Shown here: in pieces, positions 27,601-34,865 of the stretch
How the letters are laid out: every line of letters begins with the position of its first letter
Position numbering within the stretch: position 1 is the first letter of the stretch
From: Micromonosporaceae bacterium
GTDB lineage: Bacteria; Actinomycetota; Actinomycetes; Mycobacteriales; Micromonosporaceae
Reading direction: 5' to 3'
NCBI GenBank assembly: GCA_035713725.1
Contig: DASTMZ010000008.1
Span: forward strand, 8,280 to 72,279
DNA: 64,000 nt
The notes under the pieces: generated by a model
Database searches by the model: none
What the model saw: the letters and a program-made list of their open reading frames with translations, nothing else
What the model was told of the DNA's origin: nothing
Made by a program: the position numbers and the translations under genes

Positions 27601-29266
27601 GGAGTCGCTGCTTGACGCGTTCAACCGGGCACTCGGACCGGAGCTGGCCAGCGAGTTCTACCTCGGCTGGCACTACCGCAGCCGCGATGCGCGCCTGATC
27701 GCGCCGTCGAACGCGTTCTTCTACGGCGGTCGAATGGTCACGTTCCCGGGCACCGCGGTGGAACCACCGATGCGGTTCGTCGAAGTGGTCGGCGCCGAGT
27801 CCGCTGAGGGTACGTCGGCCGCCGAGGTACGCCGTGTGGTGGACCTGATCATCGAACACGCGCGCGAACGTCCGAGCGAGTCGCTGGGTGTCATCACGAT
27901 GGGCATTACGCACGCGACCCGGATCGAAGACGCGCTGCATCAACGGCTTCGCACCGTGCCGGGGCTAGGCGACTGGTTCGACGGAGACGGGTTCGAGCCG
28001 TTCTTCGTGAAGAACCTGGAACGCGTACAAGGCGACGAACGCGACGCGATCATCCTCGCCATCGGATATGGCAAGAGCCAGGGCCGCATGATGCATCGGT
28101 TTGGCCCGCTGAACAACGCGGGCGGCGAGCGACGGTTGAACGTCGCAATCACGCGCGCCAAGCACCGGATGACGGTGGTCGCCGGCTTCCGTCCGGACGA
28201 GGTCGACCCGTCGAAGTTGCGGTCCGAGGGTGCGCAGCGGCTCGTCGACTTCCTTCGGTACGCGGCAAGCGGTGCGACCATGACGCCGACGGTCGCCGAC
28301 GCGGCCGGATCGCCGAGCCCTGCCGTGGCACCGGACGCATCGCCGGATCCGTCCGCGGCGACGGGTGTCACGGTGCCGGGTGCTGTGCTTCCGGGTGCTG
28401 TGCTGCCGGGTGCGGTGCTGCCGGGTGCGGTGCTGCCGGGTGCGGCAGCCGACGGCGCCGGGCTCACGCCGTTCGCCGCGGATGCGCGCCGCCGGCTGGC
28501 GGCGCTCGGCATCGACGTCGCGTGCCACGTCGGCGTCGCCGGCTACTTCGTCGAAGTTGCCGCATTGCATCCGACGAGTTCGGGCCGGATGGTCATGGCG
28601 ATCGAGAGCGACGGGCTGACCTACCACGGCGCACCGACCACGCGCTCGCGCGATCGGCTGCGCCCCGAACAGCTGGAACGGCTCGGCTGGCGGTTCCATC
28701 GCGTCTGGTCGACGGACTGGGTCCGCAATCCCGACCGTGAGCTCGCGAAGATCCGGGCCGCGTACGAGGAAGCGGTGTATGCCGCCGACCGTGCGGACGG
28801 TCGCGTTACGTCAGACACGTTCGCAACAACCGATGCCGCCACGGCAGCAACAACCGACGCCGCAACAACCGACGCCGCAACAACCGATCTAGCCGCAGCC
28901 GACACAGCCGCGACCGACACAGCCGCGACCGACGCTGCGACAACGGCGAACGGCGCAGGAGAGATCGACGCGCTGCCGCCCGAGGTCGACGTGCTGCCCT
29001 CAGTCCTGCGCGGTCCGCGACCGGCGGCCAGCTTCGGCGCGCCGATCACGGAGATCTCCGACGACGAACTCGTCGCGATCGTCGAATGGATCGAGTCGGA
29101 CGGTCAGCTGCGCACCGACGTCGAGCTCAAGCGCGAGGCGCGCGACGAGCTAGGTCTGCGCCGCAACGGCGCGCGGATCGAGCGCCGGCTCGCCGCCGCG
29201 ATCGAGACGGTTCACGCGCGACGCGCCGCCGCGGATACACAACCCGACGGTGATCCGCGTCCCTGA
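24641..29266 (+). CDS. Large DUF4011 / SF1 (Upf1/DNA2-like) helicase / Vsr-PD-(D/E)xK-like endonuclease / DUF3320 protein
   Basis: N-terminal DUF4011-like segment (WADSLIDKTGRNELLYCKD). Walker A VVQGPPGTGKSQT (about 25826), motif II VVFDEASQV (about 27437), GDSKQLPPT, and motif VI NVAITRAKHRMTVV. Endonuclease-like MVMAIESDGLTYHG...RDRLRPEQLERLGWRFHRVWSTDW. The C-terminal ISDDELVAIVEWIESDG...ELGLRRNGARIERRL is DUF3320-like. Start is one of GTG 24641, TTG 24650 or GTG 24668. Confidence 0.85.
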   Translation: MPGLETLGGVTVDPTLNERPTAQAAAVDAARVWADSLIDKTGRNELLYCKDRGKIRLDNADPVAVTRLVHGEPVRLRQLFRDEAAYQNVAKTAESIRRRIKEYDEERGVRIGRLVYGFATWDVPAPKQPRDAGPVSPAPATPEVDSAEAAISDGAASAAAISADAGSPEAALAEPASPEAFSPEAAVSDGTPSDGTPSEGTPSESTPFATWRTDGARREVRAPVLLRDITIMHRPGRDDFDLRADRDAEISPVLLHYLRSTFGVDIDPDLIADLNDVVDDPERITEALDKLAGLLVDAPEFRIVPGMLIGTFHYAKLAMHQDLLDNAPVFAANGLVSALAGDLGAIERIRRPVGEVTIDLPDRTPPADEFLVLDADPSQNYVVNAALAGRSLVVQGPPGTGKSQTISNLIATFAANGRSVLFVAEKRAAIDAVLGRLTEAGLDDLVLDLHVTTANRSKAYEQFRGVIERARTVDAVDGARLHARLDRTRAALLAHDEAMHSVRKPWGLSVHDVQSAMLEAPPEATPDLRLTAATLDGLGADRADQVRVALAELIALGGLAPAQSRGPWANAQFQSDAAATRAREAVDETRGWLPQLRERSAEVAQALGFADPATPAEAAAMTQICLRTAAAAARWRPEIYDEDLERLVAAVGGAPATRPGARIGWWERRRLRKRAKALRLRGMRGDLAAELKEVASVAAEWWRISRVRPPAQPDLSALAAANDAMRTLLVELGGLLAAGDLAARDWSSLSTMLDELARFPNAAHAAARINRVTEQLRGSGMGDLLDWLGRVAPTWPEERRTAFAIAAFDHVWHRAVFERVALGDAHLASFDGTAHSAIADDFIATDHAHAQTNRARVRRRVAERLTEVRTQHVEQDIYLSRELTKKRRLKPLRDLVRDAPEVLLAAKPCWAMSPLLVSQLLPPGQLFDVVVFDEASQVQPAEALPSMARARAAVIAGDSKQLPPTAFFEAAVDVEDEVDRDLLTQDAESLLDAFNRALGPELASEFYLGWHYRSRDARLIAPSNAFFYGGRMVTFPGTAVEPPMRFVEVVGAESAEGTSAAEVRRVVDLIIEHARERPSESLGVITMGITHATRIEDALHQRLRTVPGLGDWFDGDGFEPFFVKNLERVQGDERDAIILAIGYGKSQGRMMHRFGPLNNAGGERRLNVAITRAKHRMTVVAGFRPDEVDPSKLRSEGAQRLVDFLRYAASGATMTPTVADAAGSPSPAVAPDASPDPSAATGVTVPGAVLPGAVLPGAVLPGAVLPGAAADGAGLTPFAADARRRLAALGIDVACHVGVAGYFVEVAALHPTSSGRMVMAIESDGLTYHGAPTTRSRDRLRPEQLERLGWRFHRVWSTDWVRNPDRELAKIRAAYEEAVYAADRADGRVTSDTFATTDAATAATTDAATTDAATTDLAAADTAATDTAATDAATTANGAGEIDALPPEVDVLPSVLRGPRPAASFGAPITEISDDELVAIVEWIESDGQLRTDVELKREARDELGLRRNGARIERRLAAAIETVHARRAAADTQPDGDPRP
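25205..25264 (+). repeat. 15 bp tandem repeat x4 in the helicase N-terminal linker (DGTPS DGTPS EGTPS ESTPF)
   Basis: gacggcaccccgtcc x2, gagggcaccccgtcc, gagagcacgccgttc. It is embedded in a wider low-complexity A/S/P/E linker at about 25070-25265. Confidence 0.9.
28376..28450 (+). repeat. 15 bp tandem repeat x5 between the helicase core and nuclease domain (PGAVL x4-5)
   Basis: ccgggtgctgtgctt ccgggtgctgtgctg ccgggtgcggtgctg ccgggtgcggtgctg ccgggtgcggcagcc. Confidence 0.9.
28824..28945 (+). repeat. Degenerate 12-15 bp repeats encoding a (T/A/D) tract between the nuclease domain and DUF3320
   Basis: TDAATAATTDAATTDAATTDLAAADTAATDTAATDAATT. Repeated acaaccgacgccgca and gacacagccgcgacc units. 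Confidence 0.8.
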
Positions 29267-29268
29267 TC

Positions 29269-29314
29269 GTCAGCCGTTCGGCGGGTCAGGCGTTCGGCGG
29301 TCAGCCGTTCGGCG
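29269..29314. repeat. 15-16 bp tandem repeat x3, each copy carrying the VOC-gene stop codon
   Basis: gtcagccgttcggcgg gtcaggcgttcggcg gtcagccgttcggcg. On the minus strand each unit reads CCGAACGGCTGA (PNG-stop). The functional stop is the copy at 29301-29303. Confidence 0.9.
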
Positions 29315-29732
29315 ATTCGACGCCCTCGACGTAGCGCGGCTCCACCAACACCAGCCAGTTGCCGGAGTTGTCGCGCATCACGGCCTCGACGCCGTACGGC
29401 CGGTCGGCCGGCGTCTGCAGGAACGTGACGCCGTTGGCGGACAGTTCCTCGTAGGTCTTGTGACAGTCGTCCACACGGAGGCCGAGTCCGCCCATCTGCC
29501 CCTTCTCGAGCTGTTCGCGCACGTGCGCGGCGAACTCCGGATCCAGCGGTGGGCCGGGTTCCATCAGCGTGACTTGCAACTCGGGCTGACTCGGATGGTT
29601 GACGGTGACCCACCGGAAGTCGCCCATGGTGGCATCCGTGTTCGCGACGAAACCCAGGTTGTCGACGTAGAAGTCGCGCGACGCGTCTTGATCGAGGCAG
29701 TAGACCGTGACGAGCGAAACATTTGTGATCAT
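29301..29732 (-). CDS. VOC-family (glyoxalase/bleomycin-resistance/dioxygenase fold) protein
   Basis: 143 aa from the internal ATG (MITNVSLVTVYCLDQDASRDFYVDNLGF...), the typical VOC beta-alpha-beta-beta-beta module. Confidence 0.8.
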   Translation of the reverse strand: MITNVSLVTVYCLDQDASRDFYVDNLGFVANTDATMGDFRWVTVNHPSQPELQVTLMEPGPPLDPEFAAHVREQLEKGQMGGLGLRVDDCHKTYEELSANGVTFLQTPADRPYGVEAVMRDNSGNWLVLVEPRYVEGVESPNG

Positions 29733-29737
29733 GTGAT

Positions 29738-30298
29738 TCAGCGTAGGCGCTGCCGTGCACCGCGGGCTTCTTCCAGATTGGTGGATTGCTGCTCGTTGGG
29801 TTGCGGTGCTCCGGACATGCCGCCGTGATCCCACACGCCACGCATGAAGATGTAGCAGCCGGGCACGCGCGACCGGCCACGCGACGCCCACCGGTTGCGA
29901 TACTCCGTCGGCGGCTCACCGACAAGCTGCGCGAACTTCGTCGAGAACGAGCCGAGGCTTGCGTACCCGACGAGCATGCATACCTCTGTCACGGTCACGT
30001 TCGCGTTGCGCAGCAGATCCTGGGCCCGCTCGATGCGGCGCCTCGTGAGGTAGCGCATCGGTGTCTCGCCGTACGTTGCCTCGAAGCATCGCGAGAAGTG
30101 GTACTTCGACACACCCGCCACGCGGGCGATCTGCTCCAGATCGAGTTCGTCGCGGTAGTGCCGATCCATGTGGTCCCGCGCGCGACGGAGGTGGGCCAGC
30201 AACCCGGCCGACACCGTACCGGTCGACGCCGTACCCGCCGACACCGTACCGGCCGACACCGTAGGCCCCGACACCGTGCGCGCCGACGCCGTACCCAC
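29738..30298 (-). CDS. AraC-family transcriptional regulator (HTH-only type)
   Basis: Dual HTH: LDLEQIARVAGVSKYHFSRCFEATYGETPMRYLTRRRIERAQDLL...VTEVCMLVGYASLGSFSTKFAQLVGEPPTEY. Start is uncertain because the 5' end lies within a repeat array. Confidence 0.85.
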   Translation of the reverse strand: MGTASARTVSGPTVSAGTVSAGTASTGTVSAGLLAHLRRARDHMDRHYRDELDLEQIARVAGVSKYHFSRCFEATYGETPMRYLTRRRIERAQDLLRNANVTVTEVCMLVGYASLGSFSTKFAQLVGEPPTEYRNRWASRGRSRVPGCYIFMRGVWDHGGMSGAPQPNEQQSTNLEEARGARQRLR

Positions 30299-30299
30299 G
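30210..30299 (-). repeat. 15 bp tandem repeat x6 at the araC-like 5' end (GTVSA-type units, each with an in-frame GTG)
   Basis: gacaccgtaccggtc gacgccgtacccgcc gacaccgtaccggcc gacaccgtaggcccc gacaccgtgcgcgcc gacgccgtacccacg on the plus strand. Confidence 0.9.
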
Positions 30300-30357
30300 G
30301 GCCGACGATACGCCGCGCGACCGCCGCTCCGAACACCCGTCCGCGTAGGGTCGTGGC

Positions 30358-30771
30358 ATGGCGACGTGGGAGGACGTACGCGCGCTTGCGCTGGCCCTGC
30401 CGGAAACGATCGAGCGATCCGGCCGCGACGGACTGCGTGACTGGCGTGTGAAGGACAAGGGATTCGTCTGGGAACGCCCGCTGCGCAAGGCGGATCTCGT
30501 CACGCTCGGCGACGCGGCGCCAACCGGTGCGATCCTCGGCGCCCGCCTGCCCGACGTCGGCGCCAAGGCCGCGCTCATCGCCGACGACCCGGACGTGTAC
30601 TTCACCACGCCGCACTTCGATGGCTACCCGGCGATCCTGGTGCAGCTCGACCACATCGGTCGCGACGATCTCGAGGAGCTCGTCGTCGAGGCGTGGCTCG
30701 TCCAGGCGCCGAAGACAGTCGCCAAGGCGTACCTCGCGGCACGTGACCTGACCGACGATCCGGATCGCTAA
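30358..30771 (+). CDS. MmcQ/YjbR-family protein
   Basis: 137 aa, MATWEDVRALALALPETIE...FTTPHFDGYPAILVQL, typical of the YjbR-like fold family. Confidence 0.7.
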   Translation: MATWEDVRALALALPETIERSGRDGLRDWRVKDKGFVWERPLRKADLVTLGDAAPTGAILGARLPDVGAKAALIADDPDVYFTTPHFDGYPAILVQLDHIGRDDLEELVVEAWLVQAPKTVAKAYLAARDLTDDPDR

Positions 30772-31727
30772 CCCGAAGCGGCTAGCCGGAAGTCGCTGAT
30801 CGCTTCGGTGACCGCACGTCGACCGATCTCGGCGAGCATCGGGTTCGTCGAGCGATACACGTGCAGCGCACCGAGTCCGAGGCACAGCCCCCAGCCGCGG
30901 CCGCGCACCCACGTCGCGTCGTCCACGTCCGCCTCGGCCCGGAACGACTCGCGCGTGTCGGCGGTCAGCAACGTCCATGCGGGCAACATGTCGCATGCGG
31001 GGTCGCCGACGCCAAGCCCGCCGAAGTCGATGACGGCGGTGAGCCGACCATCTCGTACCAGCAAATTGGCCGGATGCAGATCGGCGTGCACCCACACCGG
31101 CGGCCCCGGCCACGACGGTGCGGTTAGCGCGGTCTGCCATGCCGCGTCGACAACGTCGACCGCATCGGATCCGCGCAGCGGTTCGATCTCCCGGAAAGCG
31201 CCGGACGAGGCGAGTCCGTGCACCGCCGACCGGACCTCCGTGTCGCGCGTGGCCACATGGCCGCCGCGAAACGACGGCGGTCCGTCCGCCGGCTCGCAGC
31301 CACGCAACGCACGAACGAACTGGCCGAGCCGCACGGCCGCGGCGTCCAGGTCTGTGATCGAGCCGTCCATCGCGTTGACGCCGTCGATCCACCGGCAGAC
31401 CGCCCATGGGTACGGGAATCCGTCAGCCGCCGTACCCGCGGCGATCGGTGCCGGGATCGCGAGCGGCAGTCGCGGCGCGAGTCGCGGCAACCACCGGCTC
31501 TCCTTGTCGATATCGCGCGTTGCGCCGGGGTTTCGAGGCAGCCGGACGACAAGCTCGTCGCCGAGCCGGAACAACGCGTTGTCGGTGCCGGCCGACCGAA
31601 CTTGCGTGACCGGCAGATCCGCCCAACGCGGGAACTGCGCGGCGATCAGGCCGGCGACCATCGGCCCGTCCACGCCGTGTTCGTCGGCGGATTGGGCGGC
31701 ACCGCGGAAGTCGTTCGTATCGCTCAT
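30768..31727 (-). CDS. Aminoglycoside phosphotransferase (APH)-family kinase
   Basis: Brenner/catalytic motif VHADLHPANLLV plus VIDFGGLGVGDPACDM. Start at the internal ATG (MSDTNDF). Confidence 0.8.
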   Translation of the reverse strand: MSDTNDFRGAAQSADEHGVDGPMVAGLIAAQFPRWADLPVTQVRSAGTDNALFRLGDELVVRLPRNPGATRDIDKESRWLPRLAPRLPLAIPAPIAAGTAADGFPYPWAVCRWIDGVNAMDGSITDLDAAAVRLGQFVRALRGCEPADGPPSFRGGHVATRDTEVRSAVHGLASSGAFREIEPLRGSDAVDVVDAAWQTALTAPSWPGPPVWVHADLHPANLLVRDGRLTAVIDFGGLGVGDPACDMLPAWTLLTADTRESFRAEADVDDATWVRGRGWGLCLGLGALHVYRSTNPMLAEIGRRAVTEAISDFRLAASG

Positions 31728-31750
31728 GATTCCCGTCGCATGCGCCGTGA

Positions 31751-32599
31751 CTACCGGCCCGCCGCGATCGGACGCCGCCCCACGACGACGGTGCCGCCGA
31801 TCTCTGGCGCGCTCGCGATCCGTGGAATGAGCCCGGCCCGCGCCATCGCGTCCGCCATGTGGGGCGCCTGGCGGTCGCTCGTCTCGACGAGAAGATGCCC
31901 GCTCGGCGCGAGCCACTCCGTCGCCTCCGCCGTAACCCGGCGCAGCACGTCGAGCCCGTCCGCGCCACCGTCCAACGCGATCCGCGATTCGTGCAGCCTT
32001 GCCTCGGGCGGCAACAGACCGATGGAATCCGTGGGTACGTAGGGCGCGTTCGCAATCAGCACGCTCACCCGGCCACGGAGCGCGGCCGGCAACGGTTCGT
32101 AAAGGTCGCCTTCGTACACGTAAGTTCCGACGGCGGCCCCTTCGAGGGCGAACAGATTGCGCCGCGCGCACCGTGCGGCGACCGGGTCGAGGTCGACGGC
32201 GTGCAGCTCTGCCGGGTGGGCATCGGCCGTAACGCTGGTGACGACGGCAAGACCGATCGCGCCGGATCCGCAACACAGGTCGACGACGATCGGCCGGAGC
32301 CGCGACTCCGTCGAAAGGCGGATCGCCTCTCGGACCACCAGTTCGGTCCGGCGGCGCGGTACGAAGACGCCCGGCTCGACCGAGATGCGCCGGCCGCAGA
32401 ATTCAGCCCAGCCGAGGACGTATTCCAGCGGCTCGCCCGCGGCTCGTCGGTCGACCATCGCGGCGAGGTCGCGACCGGCGCCGGCGGCATCGACGAGCAA
32501 CCGTGCCTCGTCCTCAGCGAACACGCAGCCGGCCGCGCGAAGCCGCACCACGATGGCCGACTCGTCGGGCGGATCGATCCGCGAGGTCCGGTCGATCAC
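31751..32599 (-). CDS. PrmC/HemK-related protein N5-glutamine-type methyltransferase (unknown substrate)
   Basis: EPLEYVLGWAEFCG, SAM motif VVDLCCGSGAIG, and substrate motif NAPYVP in place of NPPY. GTG at 32599 overlaps the DUF1295 stop (GTGA). Confidence 0.75.
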   Translation of the reverse strand: MIDRTSRIDPPDESAIVVRLRAAGCVFAEDEARLLVDAAGAGRDLAAMVDRRAAGEPLEYVLGWAEFCGRRISVEPGVFVPRRRTELVVREAIRLSTESRLRPIVVDLCCGSGAIGLAVVTSVTADAHPAELHAVDLDPVAARCARRNLFALEGAAVGTYVYEGDLYEPLPAALRGRVSVLIANAPYVPTDSIGLLPPEARLHESRIALDGGADGLDVLRRVTAEATEWLAPSGHLLVETSDRQAPHMADAMARAGLIPRIASAPEIGGTVVVGRRPIAAGR

Positions 32600-33444
32600 G
32601 CCGGCTTGGTTGCCTCGTCGGGCTGTGTTGCCTCGCCCGGTGTCGACCGCGGGAACCATGGCACGACGGCGGACGTCGCCTCTTGATAGTCGGCGTATTC
32701 GGGATAGCGCGACAACGAGATGCTCTCAGTGAAGCGGGTCGATCCGACGAACAGCAGGGTCAACAAGACCGGGCCGAGCACCGTCCACTGCAGCACGGAA
32801 CCGGCCGCGATGGCGCCGAACGCGAAGACGACCCACCACTGCGCCTGTTCGAAGAAGAAGTTGGGATGCCGTGAGTAGCGGAACAGTCCGGTCGTGACGA
32901 AGCGCGCCGTCGGCTCGCGGCCGGCCGCAATCTCATCGCGTTTCCACGTCTGGAACTCCCACTGCTGCTGGTCGGCAACCGTCTCGCCGGCCAGGCAGCC
33001 GACGAACACCACGGTCGCCACCACGTCCAGCACACCGAAGCCACCGCGGTGTCGGAACGCGGTGTACGCCGGCAACGTGATCAACAACAGCAACAGGTTC
33101 TGGTAGATCGTGATGAAGAACAGGTTGAACACCCGGAACCGCCACGGCGTCATGCGGCCGCGCAGGATCGCCCATCGATAGTCCTCGCCGCCCGGTGCGT
33201 AGCCGCCCTTACGCGCGAAGTTGAAGGTGAGCCGAGCGCCCCACAGTGCGACGAGCACGAACATCGTGTCCAGTCGAGCGTCGGCAAAGCCGGCAGCCGC
33301 GGCGAACACCGCGACGTACGCGATTGGGATGATCGACCAGATGCGATCGACCCAGGAGTGTTCGTTTGTGACGAGCGACGTGATCCATACCGCTGCGCAC
33401 GCGCCAACGAAGATCCACACGCATGTGACCAGAGCGGCATTCAT
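32596..33444 (-). CDS. DUF1295-family membrane protein (steroid 5-alpha-reductase / ICMT-like fold)
   Basis: 282 aa polytopic protein with WSVDRIW-like HSWVDRIWSIIP, GLFRYSRHPNFFFEQAQWW. Confidence 0.8.
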   Translation of the reverse strand: MNAALVTCVWIFVGACAAVWITSLVTNEHSWVDRIWSIIPIAYVAVFAAAAGFADARLDTMFVLVALWGARLTFNFARKGGYAPGGEDYRWAILRGRMTPWRFRVFNLFFITIYQNLLLLLITLPAYTAFRHRGGFGVLDVVATVVFVGCLAGETVADQQQWEFQTWKRDEIAAGREPTARFVTTGLFRYSRHPNFFFEQAQWWVVFAFGAIAAGSVLQWTVLGPVLLTLLFVGSTRFTESISLSRYPEYADYQEATSAVVPWFPRSTPGEATQPDEATKPA

Positions 33445-33473
33445 GAGCGCACTCTAACCGGGCGCAGCGGCGA

Positions 33474-34259
33474 TCATCGACCCGCGCGCGCGTCATCGAT
33501 ATGCAGCGCGCTCAGTGCGCCGTACAGGACCACGATGATCGCCGCGGTGAGGCTGATCGCGACCGTGTCGAGGATTGCGTCGACCACGATTTCGATCCAC
33601 ATCGGCGGGTGCGCGCCATGTAGCGCCTCGGCGATCTGGTCCGCCACGGCGGACGGCACGAGCGCCGTCGTGGTGAGCGCGGCGACCTTCCAGAAGTGCC
33701 CACGTACGAGCGAAACGCTGGCTCGCAGGGAGTCCCGTACGCCTCGGCCCTCGACGAGCGCAACGGTGCAAGCGAGCGACAGCCACGCAAAGACTGCGAG
33801 ACCGGGCAGCAGCAGAAGGAGCACCCCGATCGCGACCGAGACGCCGATGATCACCGCGAGCACGGTCAGCCGGATGACGGGGAGGCGACGTACCGTCGCC
33901 CACAACGACAGTCGCTCGTGTCGGGGGCCTTCCGCCGCGCCGTGGTGCAGGATGTCCTCGGCGATGCCGGCACAGAGCGCTTCGCCGAACGCCGCGGCGG
34001 CCACGCCGAACACCGAGGCGATCGCCACGGCGGTGACCGTCGACGTACCGACCCATTCGTCGAGCAACTCGGCGAGGATCAGTAGCGGAGCGACGATCGC
34101 CACCGCGATCGGAACGAACGCCGCGAGGTGCGCCCGCCACAGCCGCCATGCGCGGCGCACCGCCGGTAGGTAAGCGAGTGGCCGGTCGGCGCCCGCTGTG
34201 GTGTCGGCAGTGTTCCCGGCGGTGTTCCCAGCACTGGCGTCAGCAGCGGGGGTCACCAT
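33474..34259 (-). CDS. Hypothetical polytopic membrane protein
   Basis: 262 aa from the internal ATG (MVTPAADAS) with about 6 hydrophobic helices. The upstream 238 codons of the ORF-track call overlap the plus-strand DinB gene and are Arg-rich, so they are rejected. Confidence 0.55.
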   Translation of the reverse strand: MVTPAADASAGNTAGNTADTTAGADRPLAYLPAVRRAWRLWRAHLAAFVPIAVAIVAPLLILAELLDEWVGTSTVTAVAIASVFGVAAAAFGEALCAGIAEDILHHGAAEGPRHERLSLWATVRRLPVIRLTVLAVIIGVSVAIGVLLLLLPGLAVFAWLSLACTVALVEGRGVRDSLRASVSLVRGHFWKVAALTTTALVPSAVADQIAEALHGAHPPMWIEIVVDAILDTVAISLTAAIIVVLYGALSALHIDDARAGR

Positions 34260-34361
34260 GGTGGTCAGACAACCACGGGGCGTCGGACCGCGCGGTCGGT
34301 AGCCGAAACTCGCAGACGCTGACCGCGCTCGTCCGGGGCGGCGGTGACGAAGGGGTCGGGA

Positions 34362-34865
34362 ATGCACGAGCGCGACGTGTTGATCGAGGGATTCGGGCGG
34401 CTTCCGGCGCTTGTCATGTCGGCGGTCAACGGTCTGACCGCGGAGCAGCTTCGGTGGACGCCCGCGCCGGGCGCGAACAGCATCGGCTGGCTCGTCTGGC
34501 ATCTCGCTCGTGTCCAGGATGATCACGTCGCCGAGCTGGTCGGCGACGAACAGCTGTGGGTGTCCGGTCGCTGGGCGCCGCGATTCGGTCTCCCGGGCAA
34601 CGTCATGGACACCGGATACGGCCATTCGGCCGCCGACGTCGACCGCATCCGACCGGACGGCCCGGCCGCGCTGATCGAGTATTACGACGCGGTGGCCAGG
34701 CGTACCAATGAGTTGCTGGACCGAGTGACGGCCGACGAGCTGGACCGGGTGGTCGACGAACGCTGGTCGCCGCCGGTCACGCTCGGCGTACGTCTGATCA
34801 GCGTGCTCGGCGACGACCTGCAGCATGCCGGACAAGCGGCGTACGTGCGCGGGCTGCTGCCATGA
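34362..34865 (+). CDS. DinB-family / DUF664 (mycothiol-transferase-like) protein
   Basis: GWLVWHLARVQDDH ... LGDDLQHAGQAAYVRG His-triad pattern of the DinB superfamily. Confidence 0.7.
   Translation: MHERDVLIEGFGRLPALVMSAVNGLTAEQLRWTPAPGANSIGWLVWHLARVQDDHVAELVGDEQLWVSGRWAPRFGLPGNVMDTGYGHSAADVDRIRPDGPAALIEYYDAVARRTNELLDRVTADELDRVVDERWSPPVTLGVRLISVLGDDLQHAGQAAYVRGLLP

Noticed and set aside
29995-31407. 470-aa minus-strand ORF spanning the araC 5' end, YjbR and part of the APH gene
   Set aside because: It overlaps three better-supported genes in other frames or strands. Extremely Arg-rich. Rejected as spurious.
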